NCBI GenBank assembly: GCA_030390025.1
Contig: CM059438.1
Span: forward strand, 89,900,001-89,964,000
DNA length: 64,000 bases
Origin: Squalus acanthias
Lineage: Eukaryota
Reading direction: 5' to 3'
Shown one piece after another: positions 37,418 through 49,724 of the stretch. The notes below the pieces were generated by a model. The model was given only the letters and a program-made list of their open reading frames with translations, was not told the origin of the DNA and did not search any database. The number at the start of each line of letters is the position of its first letter. Within the stretch, counting starts at the first letter, position 1. The position numbers and the translations under genes are program-made.

Positions 37418-38131
37418 GGTTTAAGTTTCCGCTCTGAGCGTAATTGGGAAATTGCACGCAAAATGTGTTTGAAATGGCACTGGTTAGGTTACGCTTCATG
37501 CTACCACGAAAATTCATTTACATAATCACAAACATATAAAATCTTCCATGAACCAGTGTGATCATGCAGCATAATAGAATGTCATCGTTTCTTTTTTTCT
37601 CTCTTTCCATTAAAAAGTATTCCTTGATATATTTGTGTGGTAGTAACCTGGTGCAGTTTTATTAATACAGCAGAAAATGGGCTTAGCACTAAAAATAAGG
37701 ATTTTTAATAAGGATGTCCAGTCCTCCAGCTGGGAGTAACCAGATTTAAAAATCAATCACTGAAAATTACTTTAAAAAAACTACTGAACCATTTAATAAT
37801 TTCATTAGGTGTACACAAGTCAGTTTCTTAGTAAATTGAATATTAGGAGATAAAAAAAACATTTAAAACATGCGCCTAAGAAAGTGAGCGCAATTTGAAG
37901 ATCCTTCCCGAATCAGCGCAATCTCGCAATTTTGACCTGGGGGGGCGTGGCAAGTTGTGGGTGGGGTCTGATTCCGGTGAATTGAATCCTGAATCAGCAT
38001 AAAAGATTACGGAAAACACGAGCGTCAATGATTTTGGGCATAACTCGTCTTTAAAATTCCCCGATCTTTTATTCTGGTTCGTCTGATTCCGCCCGGATAT
38101 AACTAGCAGAAATAAGCGGAAACTCCATACC
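37418..38131. mobile_element. Non-autonomous DNA transposon, PIF/Harbinger-like
   Basis: Imperfect TIRs ggtttaagtttccgct / agcggaaactccatacc, TAT on both flanks, CpG-richer subterminal regions. Confidence 0.5.
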
Positions 38132-38173
38132 TATGTGCTTTTCTTTGTTTAACAAAAGCATTTACTTCCTCAC

Positions 38174-38274
38174 CTGGGCAGTGTGAATAAGTTCATTAAT
38201 CATATGAGCAGCATGTTGACACCTATCTGGAGGTCCCATCACCTGAGCAATTCTGTCTGGCATAACACCATCAT
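38174..38274 (-). CDS. FUBP3: FUBP3 exon 11 (101 nt): DDGVMPDRIAQVMGPPDRCQHAAHMINELIHTAQ
   Basis: ttccag|ATG...CAG|gtgagg; phase 1->0. Confidence 0.96.
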
Positions 38275-38843
38275 CTGGAAGAAGAAACAGGTTGGTGAGA
38301 GATGCACACTTCCTTCTGACAGTTCAACCATGTCACTTAAAAAGACTGGAGGTGGACAGAGAAATGCCAAATGAAATCCCATTAATGATGGGCAGAGAGC
38401 CATGATAGGTTTTACAGTCCGAGAGCTTTAACTCTTCCTGAACCAATTACTCAAATATTTCATTTTAATTGATGGGCAGCATCTCAAAAAGGGAGAAAAT
38501 GAATTCAGGCAGCATTGCTGCTCATCTGGTGACTCATGGGGAGGGCAGGATCACACTTCGCAGTGACACCCACCAGAGTCAAATAGCCTGCCAACAGTTC
38601 GTCCAAAAAGAACGGCCACCTGAATGACATACTGATGGCTCCCAGTGCCCATAGAGCCTAACCTGAGCAGGAAGTGGTACCTTTGGAAGAAAACTGGAAA
38701 AAAACCAGAAAAGGAAATAGTGACCCAAAAGGCAGCAAACTGCAATGGGTAGACTGGTTTCCCCGCATAGTGAATGAAATCGCCTGCTATTTTTGCAGTG
38801 CAGGACAACCTGAACATCTCACAATCAAACTCATTGAAGATAC

Positions 38844-39736
38844 GATAGCAAAATACTGCGGATGCTGGAAATCTGAAATAACAACAGAAAACGCTGGAAA
38901 AACTCAGCAGGCCAGGCAGCATCCGTGGAGAGAGAAAGAGAGTTAACGTTTCAGGTCGATGACCTTTCGTCAGAACTGTGAAGAGCCGGAAATCAAATAG
39001 ATTTAAGGCCAGAGTAAAGCTGGGAAAAGGGGGAGGGGATAAAAGAACAAAGGGGGAGATGAAGAGACATTAAGAGATATGCAAGGCTAGAGGTGGTGTT
39101 AATGTGACAGATTAAGGCTGAAAGAAGTGTGAAATCCACTGGCAGAATGAAGGACAGCTGCCAGCTTCTAGGAGGAAAAAAAAGGTGGGGGGGGGGGGGG
39201 GGCAAATAAAAGGGTGGAAAAAATAAAATATAAATGTGATTGGAGCGGAGGTTATGATCTAAAATTGTTGAACTCGATATTGAGTCCAGAGGGCTGTAGC
39301 GTGCCTAAACGAAAGATGAGGTGCTGTTCCTCGAGCTTACGCTGCGCTTCCGTGAAACAGTGTAATAGGCCGAGGACGGTGAGGTCAGAGTGGGAGTGAA
39401 GCGGTGAATTAAAGTGACAGGCCACCGGGAGCTCGGGGTCCCCCTTACGGACTGAACGGAGGTGTTCCGCAAAGCGGTCACCCAATCTGCGTTTGGTCTC
39501 CCCAATGTAGAGGAGACCACATCGTGAGCAGCGAATACAGTATACTAAATTGCAGGAAGTACAAGTAAATCGCTGTTTCACCTGGAAGGGGTGTTTGGGG
39601 CCCTGGACAGTGGGAAGAGGGGAGGTATAAGGGCATGTGTTGCATCTCCTGCGTGTGCACGGGAAGGTGCCGGGCGAAGGGGAAGGGGTGCTGGGGGTGG
39701 TAGAGGAGTGGACTAGGGTGTCGCGGAGGGAGCGGT
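38844..39736 (-). mobile_element. Penelope-like retroelement, 5'-truncated, with intact GIY-YIG endonuclease coding segment
   Basis: ORF 39252..39740 NLVYCIRCSRCGLLYIGETKRRLGDRFAEH...PVACHFN; 13-bp TSD tcattgaagatac at 38831-38843 and 39737-39749. Confidence 0.92.
38941..38977 (-). ncRNA. Minimal type I hammerhead ribozyme motif (Penelope-associated)
   Basis: Minus strand agtt-CTGACGA-a-aggtc-atc-gacct-GAAA-cgt-t-aact: stem I agtt/aact, stem II 5 bp, palindromic ACGT stem III, GUU site. Confidence 0.7.
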
Positions 39737-40990
39737 TCATTGAAGATACAACCTGGCCAGAAAAATGTCACCATTAGGACCCTTTTAATAAAGTTTAATA
39801 ATTTTCCCCAGCAAATACAGATATAAACCAACAGTTAACTGGAGATGAACAGCTGGCAGCAGTTACATTAATAAACGATCTCTTTGACGAACTAGACAAC
39901 TATCTTAAAACAACCTTCCAAAATGATTAGAATGCAAAGCAGTGCGGTACAACTAATGAAGCTCAGTCAACACCAACTTGACCAAATAAATCAGCCTTCT
40001 GACTCACAATTGCTGACCTATGCAGTGATTTAAATGTTCGCCGTGTTAGGTGTCCGTCAACTGCGTGGGATGAGAGGTAAATCACAGGCATGGGTTGGAA
40101 AACAAAAAAAGTGCGAAAACTTGAAATGACCATCACTCGTAATTAAAGGTAATTGGAGGTTTTGTTTTGCTGCTGCTCAAGTCAGGCAGGATTATTTTGG
40201 AAGGCCCTCACAAACTGAATTTTAAGGCTATCTTTTTAATCCTGCCCCTTAGCCCTCCAGGCATCATGGCTGGAGGATTTATTTTAAACCCAACTCATGT
40301 TTCCAGTAAACTCCGAAACGGACTTTGCGGAGCTACTTTGTCAGACCAGATTCAGTTAGCTCAATGCAATTATGCAAATTATTCAATCTGCAACTGGAAA
40401 TCCTTCAATTTAGAAGAATGATACAGCAGAGAGGGGTGCCATTCGGCCCATCATGCCTGTGCCTGCTCTTTGAAAGTGTGACCCAACTTCAGTGCTGTCG
40501 GTGAAGCCAAATGTTGGAAGTGTTAATTTTTTTTTTTAGACAACTGCACGGCTGCCATTTTCAGTAAAGTATAATATCCATTGGAACGGTGAAGAACATT
40601 CAGCAGCAAAACACTTGGGTTTTATCCGAAGATCATTTTTAAACTACTTAACAGTAGGGTGAAGTATTGGTAACCAGTTGTGGTAGAACGATTAGCCAAA
40701 TATTATTTTGGAGTGACCACTTCACTTGCTGATTAATCACATTTACCCATGAGCATTTGGCTCCAAATCGCACAAGTTCGAAGAATATGGGTCGAGGTGC
40801 AGGAATCTTCGGAGTTGCAGAGAGCTGGGCAGCAAAGGAAAATTAGGGAAATGTCTTTTTCTTAAAATAGGTGACCACTCAAAAGATGCAGGTAATTTAA
40901 CAACCTACAGTAAGAGCTGTACTAAAATCCAAACTGAATGGATCCCTTTAGCAAATTGCCCTGCTCACAAACCAAGCGATGTCTCCTTAC

Positions 40991-41093
40991 CTGGTTTAAA
41001 TTGAATCCTGACACCAGCATCATTTTGAATTTTTTTTATCATTTCACCATTTCTTCCTATTACAATACCAACAGCAAACCTAGGTACAGCAAC
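40991..41093 (-). CDS. FUBP3: FUBP3 exon 10 (103 nt): [36 protein letters not shown]3
   Basis: ttcccag|GTT...CCAG|gtaagg; near-invariant family KH3 sequence. Confidence 0.97.
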
Positions 41094-41384
41094 CTGGGAA
41101 AAAGAGAAAGTTTTAATTCCACACATACTCTTGTAAGTTGGTCTTTACAAATGTTTAGCACAACACATCAACGTCAACCTACTTACTCCAATTAGGGGGA
41201 TGACAAGGCTTTTAACCCCACCAAACCAGTTGCTTTTTGACAGATCAACTCATCGATCTACTTTTTTTTTGTGGAACTTCACTAACAATTAACCCTGATA
41301 ACCATTCAAATATGCTAGATCTGCAAAACAAGAGTCCAACATTTTTCGTTTGTAGGATTTTGTTTAGCTCCATCAGAAACCTTC

Positions 41385-41750
41385 TCCACTTCCATCCTGA
41401 AGGAATGGACTCCTTGCTGGGTTACAGTTCCATGGACACAGGTGTGGTCAGGTAATTTTCCCACATGATCATTATTCATGTCAGTAATGAGTGTTGCCAG
41501 ATTGTTCAACCATGGGGCATACCAACCACACCCGGTTCTGTCCTCACCTGACATCCACTTCCAGCATGGGCCACTGGATAGTGATCAGGAACAGGAATCC
41601 TGTCCGTGTTCCACTCCTTATCCCAAGGTGCTATTAATGCCTCTACTGGCGACTGAGACTAGCTCAACACAGACCAGGAATTGCATCTTGGACCTTCCGG
41701 GTTTGGATAGTTTAGCTACTCACTGAATACTCCCAGGAGCCATCGGGGAA
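41385..41750 (-). mobile_element. Older SINE-like family B, near full length
   Basis: Homology blocks shared with 13095, 15340, 60200, 62510 copies. Confidence 0.6.
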
Positions 41751-41871
41751 TTAACAAGACTGGGCTGATAAATATATCATACAAAAATGTCTCCAATGGT
41801 TAAACCATAGTTAATAGGATCTGGATTGATTGAGGTATGCGAGAAAACCAGCTGTTTTCCAGTGCATTTAA

Positions 41872-42142
41872 GAACATTAGAACATAAGGAATAGGAGCAG
41901 GAGTAGGTCATTTGAGCCTGCTTCGCCATTCAATATCATGGCCGATCTTCTACCTCAACTTCACCTTTCCGCACTATTCCCCGTATCCCTTGGTTCCCTT
42001 AGTATCCAAAAATCTATCGATTGCTGTCTGGAATATACTCAACAACTGAGCATCCACAGGCCCTCTGGGGTAGAGAATTCCAAAGATTCACAATCCTTTG
42101 AGTGAAGAAATTTCTCATCTCAGTTCTAAATGGCCGACCCCT
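41872..42142 (-). mobile_element. CR1 3' fragment
   Basis: aacataaggaataggagcaggagtagg...gtagagaattccaaagattcac, reverse of 27660-27940. Confidence 0.9.
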
Positions 42143-42520
42143 ATGGATATGGGGATAATCCAAAGTATGTATCCTAAATGTGTTTCAACAATGTGCCATG
42201 GTTATATTTAACAGGTATCTGAGAGGTGAATCATTGTCACTCCTGCTAACATAGGTACTGCAACCAGACTTCCTAGAGTGTGTGTGTACAGCGAGTATAA
42301 CCTGGCTGTTCAAACCTTGAATAAATTTACTGGCATGAAAGATCAAACTCATGCCAACAGGTAAAACAGCTCTTTCATAACTAATAATGCAATACAAGTA
42401 AAGGGTGTTTCATGGTGTATGATGCAATGCAGCTGCAATGGAATGAAAGTCAGCCCAAAAATCATTTAAAAACATTAAAAGTCTATTATAACTTCAACAC
42501 ACAATTAATCCAGTACTTAC

Positions 42521-42619
42521 ATCTACACTATTTCCTCCCATTCTGGAACCAAATTCATTCCGCCTGAAATCACCTTGATCTTTATCTCTGATTATCTCCA
42601 AGACCATCTCTTTAGCTTG
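42521..42619 (-). CDS. FUBP3: FUBP3 exon 9 (99 nt): QAKEMVLEIIRDKDQGDFRRNEFGSRMGGNSVD
   Basis: ccccag|CAA...GAT|gtaagt; similar to human QAREMVLEIIREKDQADFRG. Confidence 0.95.
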
Positions 42620-43139
42620 CTGGGGGTGGGAAGGAAAGGCAGAGGCGGGGTGGGGGGGGGAAACAAACAAGGTTATTGGACTAGATGGTCAATCATTTGC
42701 ACAAACACCCTGCACATGAAAAAAAATCATTTTGAGCAAACATTCATTGCAGCTTTCAAGACCGTCTACCATGCTTGGCTGCAAAAATGAAATTCTTTAC
42801 CTTTTCAAAGTTAAATAAAGGCAGAACTGTCAAGCTATGAAGAGAGTACATGGGAGCTCTCAGTCTAGGTTGCCAGCATTTTCAGTGCTGGCAACAGTCA
42901 CTGAAATCAGCTCAAAGTACAGTACTTTTGCTCCCCTGCAAAACAAAGTTTTTGATCTTAGTTGTCAGAGCAGATTCCAAGCAGATTACTCCAAAAGGGA
43001 GCAGCAAGCAAGCCACGTTGCTCACGATCATGACAGAACAGTAGTAAGCGAAACACGGCTGCCCTGAATCAGAATTGGCAATTAAATACTCTAGGGTATC
43101 AAACTTTCAGGAGGGGTAGGGAGGGAAAAAAGGGAGGGG

Positions 43140-45200
43140 CCGTAGTATTGGAGAAAATATTTCATAACACTAGGGTGTAAGGATTTAAATAGAGAAGTGG
43201 CCCAAAATAGAACGACTTTGGATTGAGCAGCAGAATAGCAAAGGATCCGGTCACATTACTGGGAGTATATTAGAGACTTGACTAGTGGAATGGAAATGGA
43301 GGTCAAAATTAGCAGGCAAATTAGAGTCATAAATGTAGGAGATTTTAATTCTCAAAAAAGGAGCGACAGGTAAATAAAATACTTGGTGAAAGGGGGAGGT
43401 TTTTGCAGTGTGTTCAGCACTTCTTTCAGTCAGTATGTTGCTTCAACAGGAAGGAAGCACTTCTTGACCTGGTTCGAGATAATGAAGTGGAGCCAGTAGG
43501 GTTCCTAAAAGGTAGGCAAACATTTGGGCAACTATGATCACAATGCAATTTGGTTCAATGTAAGAATAGAAAAGGCAAAAAAGTTGAGGACAAGGACTGA
43601 AAAAAAAAAAGCAAATTATAAAAGAAAACCTTGCCCAGATCAAATGGAAGAAAAAAATTGGCAAATAGAATTGCAGATTAGCAATGGGAATTAAAAACAG
43701 AAGATATAAACTGTGCAGCGCTCTGGTCAGACCAGACCTTTTGTATGGTGTCCAGTTTTGGTCAAAAAACAGGAGAGAGATATTCAAGTACTGGAGGCAG
43801 CATAGAAGAGCCATGGGGATGAACAACAGCGCCAGAGGTCGGATTTATGAGGAAAGTCGAGAGAAACTTGGGGCTTTTCAGGAGGCGTCTGAGGGGTGAT
43901 ATCATAAGGTTTATAAAACTGTAAAAAATTACAAACTATATTGCAAGAGTAAGAGGAGACGCCAGTTCAAGTTAGTAAAAAGCAAACTTAGGACTGGAAT
44001 CAGAGATAGTTCTTCACACAAAGTAAATAATACATGCACTGGACTCCCAGATAGAATAGTGGAGCCGAAGAGCCCAGAATCATTCAAGATACCACAATGG
44101 AGGAACTGGGTCTTTCTGGATGGTGAATTAAGATGGGCTGAATGGCATTCCTCATTCAAATATCGAGTGACCTATGGCAAAGATAATGGCACATGGCATG
44201 AAAAAGAACATGGTGATCCTGGATAGAGAGATCACTGGCAGGCAGAAAGCAAGAGTAGGTGGAGAACAGAAGTTTCATGACCAAAAAAGATGCAGTGAGC
44301 AGTATTCCACAGGGGTCTGTGTTGGGGGGGGGGGGGGGGGGGTCACTCATTTTCTATATACATAAATGATCTGTGCTTAGGAGTTGAGGGAACATCGAAA
44401 TTTGCCGACGACACCAAATTGGGGTGGTATGGTAAACTGCAAGTAGGATTCTGAAATACAGCAGAACACAGAAAAGCAAGACAGATAAAACAGATAAACA
44501 GAAGGCAGATGCATTCAATATAGAGAAATGTGAATTAATACATTTTGGAAGAAACGAAACACTCCTGAAATGGTTAAGTTTTAAATGGAGTGGAGGGACC
44601 TTTGTGTACCCATACACAGGTCATTAACAGCGTCAGCACAAGTAGATAAGGCCAGGGGGAAAAAAAGTAAACAAAATTCCTGTCTTTGTTAATCTACAGG
44701 CATAGAATACAAATGCAAGGAACCAATGAACTTGTACAAGACCTTATTAAGGCTGCAATTGCAGCATTGTACTCCGTTCTGGGCACCCCGTTATAGGAAG
44801 GATGGAGGATTGTAGCTGTGGAGAGACACTAGAAATGAGGCCTCCCTTTTGCACTAGAAGGGGTGATCTGATTTCAAGGTCTTCAAGGTTATGATAAGGC
44901 ACGGATAGATTGTTTCCACAGGTTGGCGAGACTGTAGGAGGGCGCAAATTTAAGATGACCATAAAAATAATTAAAAGGGAGGTGAAAAATAATTTCTTCA
45001 CAGGATGGATAGAATGTGAAATTGCCTGCCAGAAACCGTTGTTGAAGCAGAGTCCATCAATTCTTGACAGTTGCTTGAAAAAGAGGAATATTACAGGGTA
45101 AATGGAAGCAAGGAGGAGAGTGGGATTAGACTAGTTGGTTCACGTCTAGAAAAAACTCCAGCACAGAGCCGATAGGCCAAATAGGCTGTTTCTTCCAGTA
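43140..45200 (+). mobile_element. Highly degraded CR1 fragments (at least two pieces)
   Basis: Remnants of GDFN (43338), ALVRPDL..GVQFW (ORF 43684), KFADDTK (44398) and 3' regions. Confidence 0.7.
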
Positions 45201-45229
45201 ACATCGAGATGTTCTATGCACCTGATGGC

Positions 45230-45392
45230 CAACGTTCCCATTAAGCTGTGCGGCCACGCAGCGGTCTGGAGGTCCCGCGCAGGCCGCTCACCGGCTTTTC
45301 AATGCAAGAAACCGCGCATGCGCAAAAATTCAAATGGGCCGCGCAGCCAGTTAAAGGGACCACGCACCCAAAAAATATTAGAGGGAACATTG
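45230..45392. mobile_element. hAT-like MITE
   Basis: TIRs caacgttcccattaa / ttagagggaacattg; 8-bp flanks ctgatggc / ctggtagc (6/8). Confidence 0.8.
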
Positions 45393-46055
45393 CTGGTAGC
45401 CCCACCAGGCTGTGGAATTGAGGGGGGACCGGAAGCATATCTCCCTGTACTCTTGTCAGAGGACCTTTGTACCTGCATGCATGGATATGTACCCACAGCA
45501 TCTGATATGTATGTAGAGAGTCAGGTAGGGGTTGGGGGAATGGAGGGCCTAAAAACAAAAGCGCAGAAAATGAGGGAAAGTTCTGTGCAAAATAATTTGC
45601 AATCATTTCCACAGATATAATTTGAGAATAGAAAATTCATATTTACACTGACGCATCCAAGCCATCTTGTCAGCTGCTGAATGACCTAGGTCCAGCATTC
45701 TGTACCTATTTCAGATTTGCAGTCTCTGCAATTATGTTCTTCATTTCAATGAAAAATTGTGCCTATTCCCCCAGAACTGAAGACACAGAATTTGCAGTTT
45801 CCCATTTTACCAAGTGTAAAGCAAAGTCAACACTGACATGGTGAAATGGCGAGCAAGTTAAAAATGGCATTGTTGTTGATGAAAACAAAGTCAGTGTGCC
45901 CCTGAACACTTACACACAAGGACTTCAGTGTTAAATTAGGTAAACACAATTTTAATGTGCAGCATACCAAGGTACACTGGGATAAATGACAAGGAAACCA
46001 TGCACTAATCAGTTCTTTCATTATCTCAACTTTAGGTACACGGAGGTCATCTCAC

Positions 46056-46154
46056 CTGTACTTTATAAGGATCTCCTGTAATCCTCAGTGGTTTGTCTGC
46101 ACCTGTGGGAAGCGGCCCATCCTGAATCATGATCATTTTTACACCAGTTCTCTC
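46056..46154 (-). CDS. FUBP3: FUBP3 exon 8 (99 nt): [33 protein letters not shown]
   Basis: tttcag|GAG...CAG|gtgaga; phase 0->0. Confidence 0.96.
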
Positions 46155-48019
46155 CTGAAAAAGTTAAAGGAAGGATCATGCCCCCACACATGTAGACACA
46201 AACACTCCAGCAGTCAGTTAAAAAGGAGCTTAGCACATTCATTGGTCCAGTCACCTGGTCAACTTCTAGTCATGGGCATTTCTTTAAATATCTAGTTATA
46301 TCCTCAACAATGCAATCTACCCCCCTTTAAGGGATAAAGTGGCTCAGGATTAAACAAGTAGGTGGATTTAACGCTAGTATTTGCCATAAAAGGAGATGCA
46401 TTTGTCATTAAAAGTGATCACTGAATAGAAAACTGTCTCATAGTAGAGGATTGCTGAAAAGCAAAAATGTAGGTGGCCTGTGAAGCTTCATGATCTGTGC
46501 CCAAGTAGCCACATTTAAATTCAGCCCAATGTACCAAACTATACAACATAACATACAACTACACCATAATTTCTTCTGACCTATTGCTATTCAAATGACA
46601 TATATACCGATTTGCCCACATTATCTACCCAGAGAAAGGATAAGTGTTCCCAGTGTTCTTTCAATCTCACAGCAAAAAAGTCATACTTCTGCATATGTAC
46701 AAAGTACTTCCTCCTCTTTTCTATTCCCTCTACCTAAAAAGTGCAGATTCAAAATAAAACATTATGGAACATTAACACCCTCCCCTTGGAGTGCTTTATG
46801 CATACTGGCAAAAATGACTAGTTTATGGACAGCCTCTAACAAATGGGGCAAAGTTCAGTTAAGATTGCCTCATCCTATGTTATTCAGCGACAAATGCATT
46901 CCCTGAGACTCGATCTGGATTTCCATCTTTGTATTTCCATTGCTGGACTATGAAAATATGATATTACTTGGGCCACCAGTGGACCCCCCCACCCCCCCCC
47001 CTTCCCACTGCTCACTGAAAATGCTGAGCAGAGGGTCCTGCGAGGCTCAAATGATGCAGCATTTGTTTGTGCTTGGAAAGTAAAGTCCATTTGGAAGGAC
47101 AACCACCTTACAGCAACTTTTGAAACAGATAAGCCAAGGGCACCTTTGGATGAGCCAAAAACTGAAGGACAAGGCCCACTTTTAGCCTTATCCTGAAGTT
47201 TCCCTTAAACTCCACAAGCCTCATTTGTACCTATCCAAAGAATCCTCGTTGTACATAAAATAGGGAGTTACTACAGCACTGTTTTAAGTTTAAAATTGTC
47301 GCAAAGGACAATAAAGATTGCACAGCACTAATTCAATTGAAAGTCTGTAATCTAGCATACACTCAGGAAAACTTTCCCAAGTCCCAACCAGATGCATGAC
47401 ATCGCCGAGCAACCCTGGTGAAGCACCTTCAGGTATCCGCAGCTGTGCAGTGTGAACTGCACGACAGCCAGTTTAGTATGCCTCGTTCAAACCTTTATAT
47501 CTATATCCTCTCTACCAGCCCAAAAACAAAGGATGAAAGAGAGACAAACTCTATTACAAGTTCAATTTGCGTTTTGCTGAACACTATTCAAATTCATAGG
47601 ACATTATGTGACAATGTCAGCCAATCACCTGCTTTATTATACCAGGACTGAGTTCGCCACTATTGTAGGAGCATGTACAGCAATTTCTTGAAGCTGCAAG
47701 AGGGCCAGAAATAAAAAGGCAGTGGGCCAAACTGCAGCAGAAACACGACGCAGCAGCCAGGGGTGTCCAAACAATGGCCCACTTGCAGTCTGTGAGCCCC
47801 AGCTAGCCAGCCCACAAATCCCAGGTAACTTGGTTCTATTTGTGGCTGTATTTCATATTTGCTGGTTTGTGCCTTCCAATTTTTGTGGGCCTGGAGGTTT
47901 GCAAAGAGCGGTTCTTAATGCAGTTACCCCCATTGGTGGATGAATCCTAAATCCAAACACCAAGGTCTGTTAGTATTGGAGACTTGATTTAAATGCAAAT
48001 GAATGGAAGAAAATTAAAA

Positions 48020-48375
48020 CACATTTGCATTTATATAGCTTTTCATGTCATCAGAATGCCCCAAAGTGCTTCACAGACAATGAATTACTTTTGAAGCTGT
48101 TATATAGGCAAACACAGCAGCCAATTTGCGGACAGCAAGGTCCCACAAGCAGCAACAAGATAAATGCCCAGTTTACTGGTTATGGCGGCGTTGGTTGAGG
48201 GATAAATGTTGGCCAGGACACCGGGAGAACTCCTTTCCTCTGGCTCAGTTTAATGTTGCAACCAAAAGACAGCACCTCCAACAGTGCAGCACTCTCTCAG
48301 AACTGCACTGAAGTGTCAGCCTAGATTTATGTGCTCAAGTCCTGCAGTGGGGCTTGAACTCACACCCTTCTAACT
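48020..48375 (-). mobile_element. Deu-domain SINE with internal deletion
   Basis: ttgcatttatatagc...ggccaggacaccgggagaac...gtgtcagcctagat. Confidence 0.8.
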
Positions 48376-48394
48376 GAAGATGCAGGAAGGTTAC

Positions 48395-48990
48395 ATTACA
48401 TAGTAGTGTTACACTGTATTTACAGCACAGAAATAGGGCATTCGGCTCAACAGGTCCATGCCAGTGTTTATGCTCTACACGAGCCTCCTCCAACCATTCC
48501 TCATCTCACCCCATCAACATAACCTTCTATTCCTTTCTCCCTCATGTAGTTATCTAGATTTCCCTTTAAATGCATCTCTGCTAGTCGCCTCAACTATTCC
48601 CTGCGGTAGCAAGGTCCACATTCTCAACACTCCCTGGGTAAAGAAGTTTCTCCTGAATTCCTTATTGGATTTATTAGTGACTATCTTATATTTATAGCCC
48701 CTAGTTCTAGTCTCGACCGCAAGTGAAAACATTTTCTCTACGTCTACCCTATCAAACCCTTTCATAATCTTAAAGGGCCTTGATCAGGTCATCCCTCAGT
48801 CTTCTCTTTTCCAGAGAAAGGAGCTCCAGCCTGTTCAATCTTTCCTGATCGTTATAACCTCAGCGCTCTGGTATCATCCTAGTAAAATCTTTAGTGCACC
48901 TTCTCCGGTGCCTCCATATCCTTTTTATAATATGGAGACCAGAACTGTGCAAGGTACTCCAAGTGTGGTCTAACCAATGTTCGATACAAC
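48395..48990 (-). mobile_element. CR1 3' fragment
   Basis: ORF 48550..48765 KGFDRVD...RRNFFTQ.V..W..LP. Confidence 0.88.
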
Positions 48991-49558
48991 ATTGATTTAA
49001 AGTTTGTATCTGGTCTGTGCCGAAGCAGCCCACAACACCACAAAGCATAGACACATCAGGAGTAGAAATACTGGAGTGCTGCAACTAGAATTTCAAGGAA
49101 GTATAATGTTTGATGCATGAACTTTTCATACATTGTCCACTTGAACTATGAAAAACCAGGTGGTAAATAATGTCCTACCAAAGACAGGGTGTGGCTGAAG
49201 AATTTTTGAACTATAACACACTAGGGTGAAATACTGGAAGTTACACGTTTGTCACTGGTGGAAGCAATTTGAGGCCATGAATTTAGAGCATTGAAAATTA
49301 AAACGTATTAGCTTAATTGAGTTTTCCTCTAACAAATCAGTAGCAAAGCACTGTGAAATGGACTCTGTGCTGATGAATTCAGGACAGCAGGCTAACTGTC
49401 GGAATGCATCAGTCTGTCCTGAAAGTCCAGACACAGTACAGGAAGTCTGACCAGTAAATTGTTGGGCCCCATGTAATTGAGATCACAATATGTTTGTAGT
49501 GATTGAAGATGTGCGAGATGATAAAACTGACCACCATATTGTCACAGGCTTCTCTTAC

Positions 49559-49724
49559 CTGCAGTTGTTTAATGGTTTCCCCTCCTTTGCCGATGACGAG
49601 ACCCACTTTGCTGGCCGGAATTTGGATTTCCTGTATGGCGCTGTTGGAGCTATCGATGTCATTGTGAAAGCCAGGTCCGTTCCGACACCGATCCACAATC
49701 TGTCCTAGGAGTCTTTTCGCTTCT
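49559..49724 (-). CDS. FUBP3: FUBP3 exon 7 (166 nt): EAKRLLGQIVDRCRNGPGFHNDIDSSNSAIQEIQIPASKVGLVIGKGGETIKQLQ, KH2
   Basis: aatcag|AGAAG...CTGCAG|gtaaga; overlaps ORF 49409..49696; VIGKGG motif. Confidence 0.97.
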
